Shown here piece by piece: positions 61,606 to 64,000 of a stretch of DNA of 64,000 nt (position 1 is its first letter; each line of letters starts with the position of its first letter). The notes beneath the pieces are model-generated. The model was not told where the DNA came from and did not search any database. It saw nothing but the letters and a program-made list of their open reading frames with translations. The position numbers were made by a program, and so were the translations under genes. The stretch is taken from positions 2,592,001-2,656,000 of the forward strand of contig OY970067.1 of NCBI GenBank assembly GCA_963705305.1, read 5' to 3'. Source of the stretch: an uncultured Methylomirabilota bacterium (GTDB lineage: Bacteria; Methylomirabilota; Methylomirabilia; Methylomirabilales; 2-02-FULL-66-22).

Positions 61606-63309
61606 CTAGCCGCCCGTGGTCACCCGCAGCACCTCTTCCACGGTGGTCATCCCTTCCCGGAGTTTTTCGAGCCCGGCCTCGCGGAGGGTCTTCATGCCGT
61701 TCTTCCGGCCCAGCTCCCGGAGTTCCAACGCCGAGGCCCCCTGCAGGATGGCCTCCTTGATGTTCTCCTTGATGAGCAGAACCTCGTAGAGAGCCACCCG
61801 TCCCTTGTAGCCCGTCTCGCTGCAGACCATGCAGCCTTTGCCCTTTACGGTTTGAATGGACTTTGCGTCCTCGGGGCTGAACCCGACGCTCATCAGGGCC
61901 TGATGCGGAACCGGGGCGACCTCCTTACACGCCTGGCAGACGCGGCGGGCCAGCCGCTGGGCCAGAATCACGTTGGTGGAGGCGGCGACCAGGAACGGCT
62001 CCACCCCCATGTTCAGGAGCCGGCTGATGGTGCTGGGCGCGTCGTTGGTGTGGAGGGTGGACAACACCAGGTGCCCGGTCAGGGCCGCCTTGACGGCGAT
62101 CTCGGCCGTCTCGTAGTCGCGGACCTCGCCCACCATGATGATGTCGGGGTCCTGGCGCAGGAAGGATCGCAGGGCTGCTGCGAACGTCAGGCCGATCTCG
62201 GCCTTGGTCTGCACCTGGTTGATCCCCGACAGGTTGAACTCCACCGGGTCCTCGGCGGTCATAATGTTGGTCTCGGTGGTGTTGAGACGGTTGAGGGCGG
62301 AATAGAGGGTGGTCGTCTTGCCCGACCCCGTCGGTCCCGTCACCAGCACCATTCCGTACGGCATCAACAGCCCGCTTTCGAAATCCGTGAGGGCCAGCGG
62401 GTCAAACCCCAGCTTGGTCATGTCCAGCTGGAGATTCCCCTTGTCCAGCAACCGCATGACCACCTTCTCGCCGAAGAGCGTGGGAAGGGTGGAGACGCGG
62501 TAGTCCATCTCCCTGCCCCCCATCTTGATTTTGATGCGACCGTCCTGGGGCAGGCGCCGCTCGGCGATGTCGAGTTGGGACATGATCTTGACGCGGGAGG
62601 TGATTGCCGCCTTCAGCCGGGTCGGGGGCTGCATCACGTCGTACAGCACGCCGTCGATCCGGTAGCGCACCCGGAAGGACTTCTCGTAGGGCTCGATGTG
62701 GATGTCCGACGCCCCCTTCTTGATGGCGTCGGTCAGGATCAGGTTCACGAGCTTGACGACCGGGGCGTCCTCGGCGGCCTTCCCCAGCTCGGCCACGTTG
62801 ACCGAGTCGTCGCCCTCCCGGAGGGCCTCGACCTCCTTGTCGTCGAAGGTCTTCATGATGTCCTCGACCATGCCGGCCGAGTCGAAGTATTTGTTGATGG
62901 CGTTCTTGATGGAGGTCTCCGCCGCGACCACCGGTTCGACCTTGAAGCCGGTCATGAACTTGATGTCGTCGATGGCGAAGATGTTGCTGGGGTCCGCCAT
63001 GGCAACGGTGAGGACGTTCCCCGTTCGGTTGATGGGGATGACCTGGTGCTTCTGGGCAAGCTCGGGGGCGATCAGCTTGATGACGCCGGCCTCGATCTCG
63101 AAGTGAGAGAGATTGATGGAAGGGACGCCGTACTGCCGGCTGAGGAAGGAGGTGATGTCGTCTTCGCTGATGAAGCCGAGTTTCACCAGGTTGGCGCCGA
63201 TCCGGCCGCCGGAGGTCTGCTGCTGCTGGAGGGCTTGCTGGAGCTGCTCTCGTGTGATGAGCCCTGCCTTGACCAGCATGTCACCAAGGCGCGCGGTGCC
63301 TGTCGCCAT
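61606..63309 (-). CDS. pilB: Type IV pilus assembly ATPase
   Basis: MshEN-like RLGDMLVKAGLI; ASDIHIEP, IAERRLPQDGR, GPTGSGKTTT, RQDPD, CQAC..CMVC, GYKGR. Confidence 0.95.
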   Translation of the reverse strand: MATGTARLGDMLVKAGLITREQLQQALQQQQTSGGRIGANLVKLGFISEDDITSFLSRQYGVPSINLSHFEIEAGVIKLIAPELAQKHQVIPINRTGNVLTVAMADPSNIFAIDDIKFMTGFKVEPVVAAETSIKNAINKYFDSAGMVEDIMKTFDDKEVEALREGDDSVNVAELGKAAEDAPVVKLVNLILTDAIKKGASDIHIEPYEKSFRVRYRIDGVLYDVMQPPTRLKAAITSRVKIMSQLDIAERRLPQDGRIKIKMGGREMDYRVSTLPTLFGEKVVMRLLDKGNLQLDMTKLGFDPLALTDFESGLLMPYGMVLVTGPTGSGKTTTLYSALNRLNTTETNIMTAEDPVEFNLSGINQVQTKAEIGLTFAAALRSFLRQDPDIIMVGEVRDYETAEIAVKAALTGHLVLSTLHTNDAPSTISRLLNMGVEPFLVAASTNVILAQRLARRVCQACKEVAPVPHQALMSVGFSPEDAKSIQTVKGKGCMVCSETGYKGRVALYEVLLIKENIKEAILQGASALELRELGRKNGMKTLREAGLEKLREGMTTVEEVLRVTTGG

Positions 63310-63539
63310 TGAGACCCTCTAAGTCCTTTCCAGGCAAGCCTTCTGGCCGGGTTCCGGGCTGCGCGGATTATCATGTTAATGATCCCCCTTGGCTTGTCAA
63401 GGGAAATTCCCCGGTCCCTGTCCCGGGGCCTCGCGTGTGCCAACGATGGGGGTGGGTGCGCGCCGGTCCCCGGGGCCAACCGGGGGCAACCCGTGCGGCT
63501 GCCGGCGGGCGCTGTCCGGCCAGCGGGACGCTGGCGGCT

Positions 63540-64000
63540 TCAGGCGATGCCCTCGGCGATGGAGTGGACCAGGGCCTCCCGGATCGCCTCCATCCGTGCG
63601 GGCTCTTCCACTTTCCGGCCGTCGGTCTCGGTCACGTAGAAGACGTCCATGGCCTGATCCGCCTCGGTCGTGATCTTCGCCAGGGCGACGTCCAGATCGA
63701 GCTCCGACAGGGTGCTGGTGATGACATACAGCAGCCCCAGGCGGTCCTGGGCGCGGACGTCGATGACCGTGTACCTCTCGGAGACGACGTTGTCGAACTC
63801 GATTCGGGTGTGGATCTCGCCCCGCTGGGAGAAGGGCTTGGCCAGCAGGTCGCGCCGGTTGGCCTTGATGAGCTCCCGGACCCCCGTCTGGCCCTGAATG
63901 ACGCGGCGCAGGTCCTGGGTGAAGCGCTGCCAGGTCATTTCGTCGTCCGGAGCGGCCCTCCGGCCGTCCGTGACCTGGAAGGCGCGGATCATGACCCCAT
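63540..64000 (-). CDS. glnD: [Protein-PII] uridylyltransferase, C-terminal ACT domains (5' end outside window)
   Basis: FDNVVSERYTVIDVRAQDRLGLLY...AKITTEADQAMDVFYV. Confidence 0.82.
   Translation of the reverse strand, partial: GVMIRAFQVTDGRRAAPDDEMTWQRFTQDLRRVIQGQTGVRELIKANRRDLLAKPFSQRGEIHTRIEFDNVVSERYTVIDVRAQDRLGLLYVITSTLSELDLDVALAKITTEADQAMDVFYVTETDGRKVEEPARMEAIREALVHSIAEGIA

Overview
High-GC bacterial chromosomal window with no rRNA, tRNA or CRISPR visible. Gene content and style suggest a Methylomirabilota/Rokubacteria-like or deltaproteobacteria-like organism, but this is inference only. Left to right it contains: the end of sdhAB; two small hypotheticals; hemW (apparent CTG start); a creatininase-family gene; an intact IS1380 element in tandem with a related 150-bp MITE (three GGTGA target copies); a MarR(frameshifted)-pirin-DoxX unit with visible operators; a block of two-component/receiver genes with MarC and DksA/TraR; an NEW3-domain/ABC-2 operon with an Hsp20 remnant; and a respiratory locus in which a tetraheme cytochrome/NrfC-like/NrfD operon is divergent from a 16-heme ImcH-like NapC/NirT cytochrome carrying a c7 tail. 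It continues with a glucose dehydrogenase/GH63/GH133/ROK cluster, a Zn-ribbon-PilZ gene, and a GntR/polar amino-acid ABC/twin class-III aminotransferase operon. It ends with a large type IV pilus locus (pilB, frameshifted pilT, pilC, pilS, pilR, O-antigen-ligase-like gene, two paralogous pilins, ABC exporter, TMTC-like GT-C/TPR protein, GT2-methyltransferase fusion, pilD) and the 3' end of glnD. The most notable candidates are the pilus-embedded TMTC-like glycosylation module, the extended ImcH-like multiheme cytochrome, and the IS1380-MITE tandem. All family assignments come from motif recognition by eye; no database searches were run.
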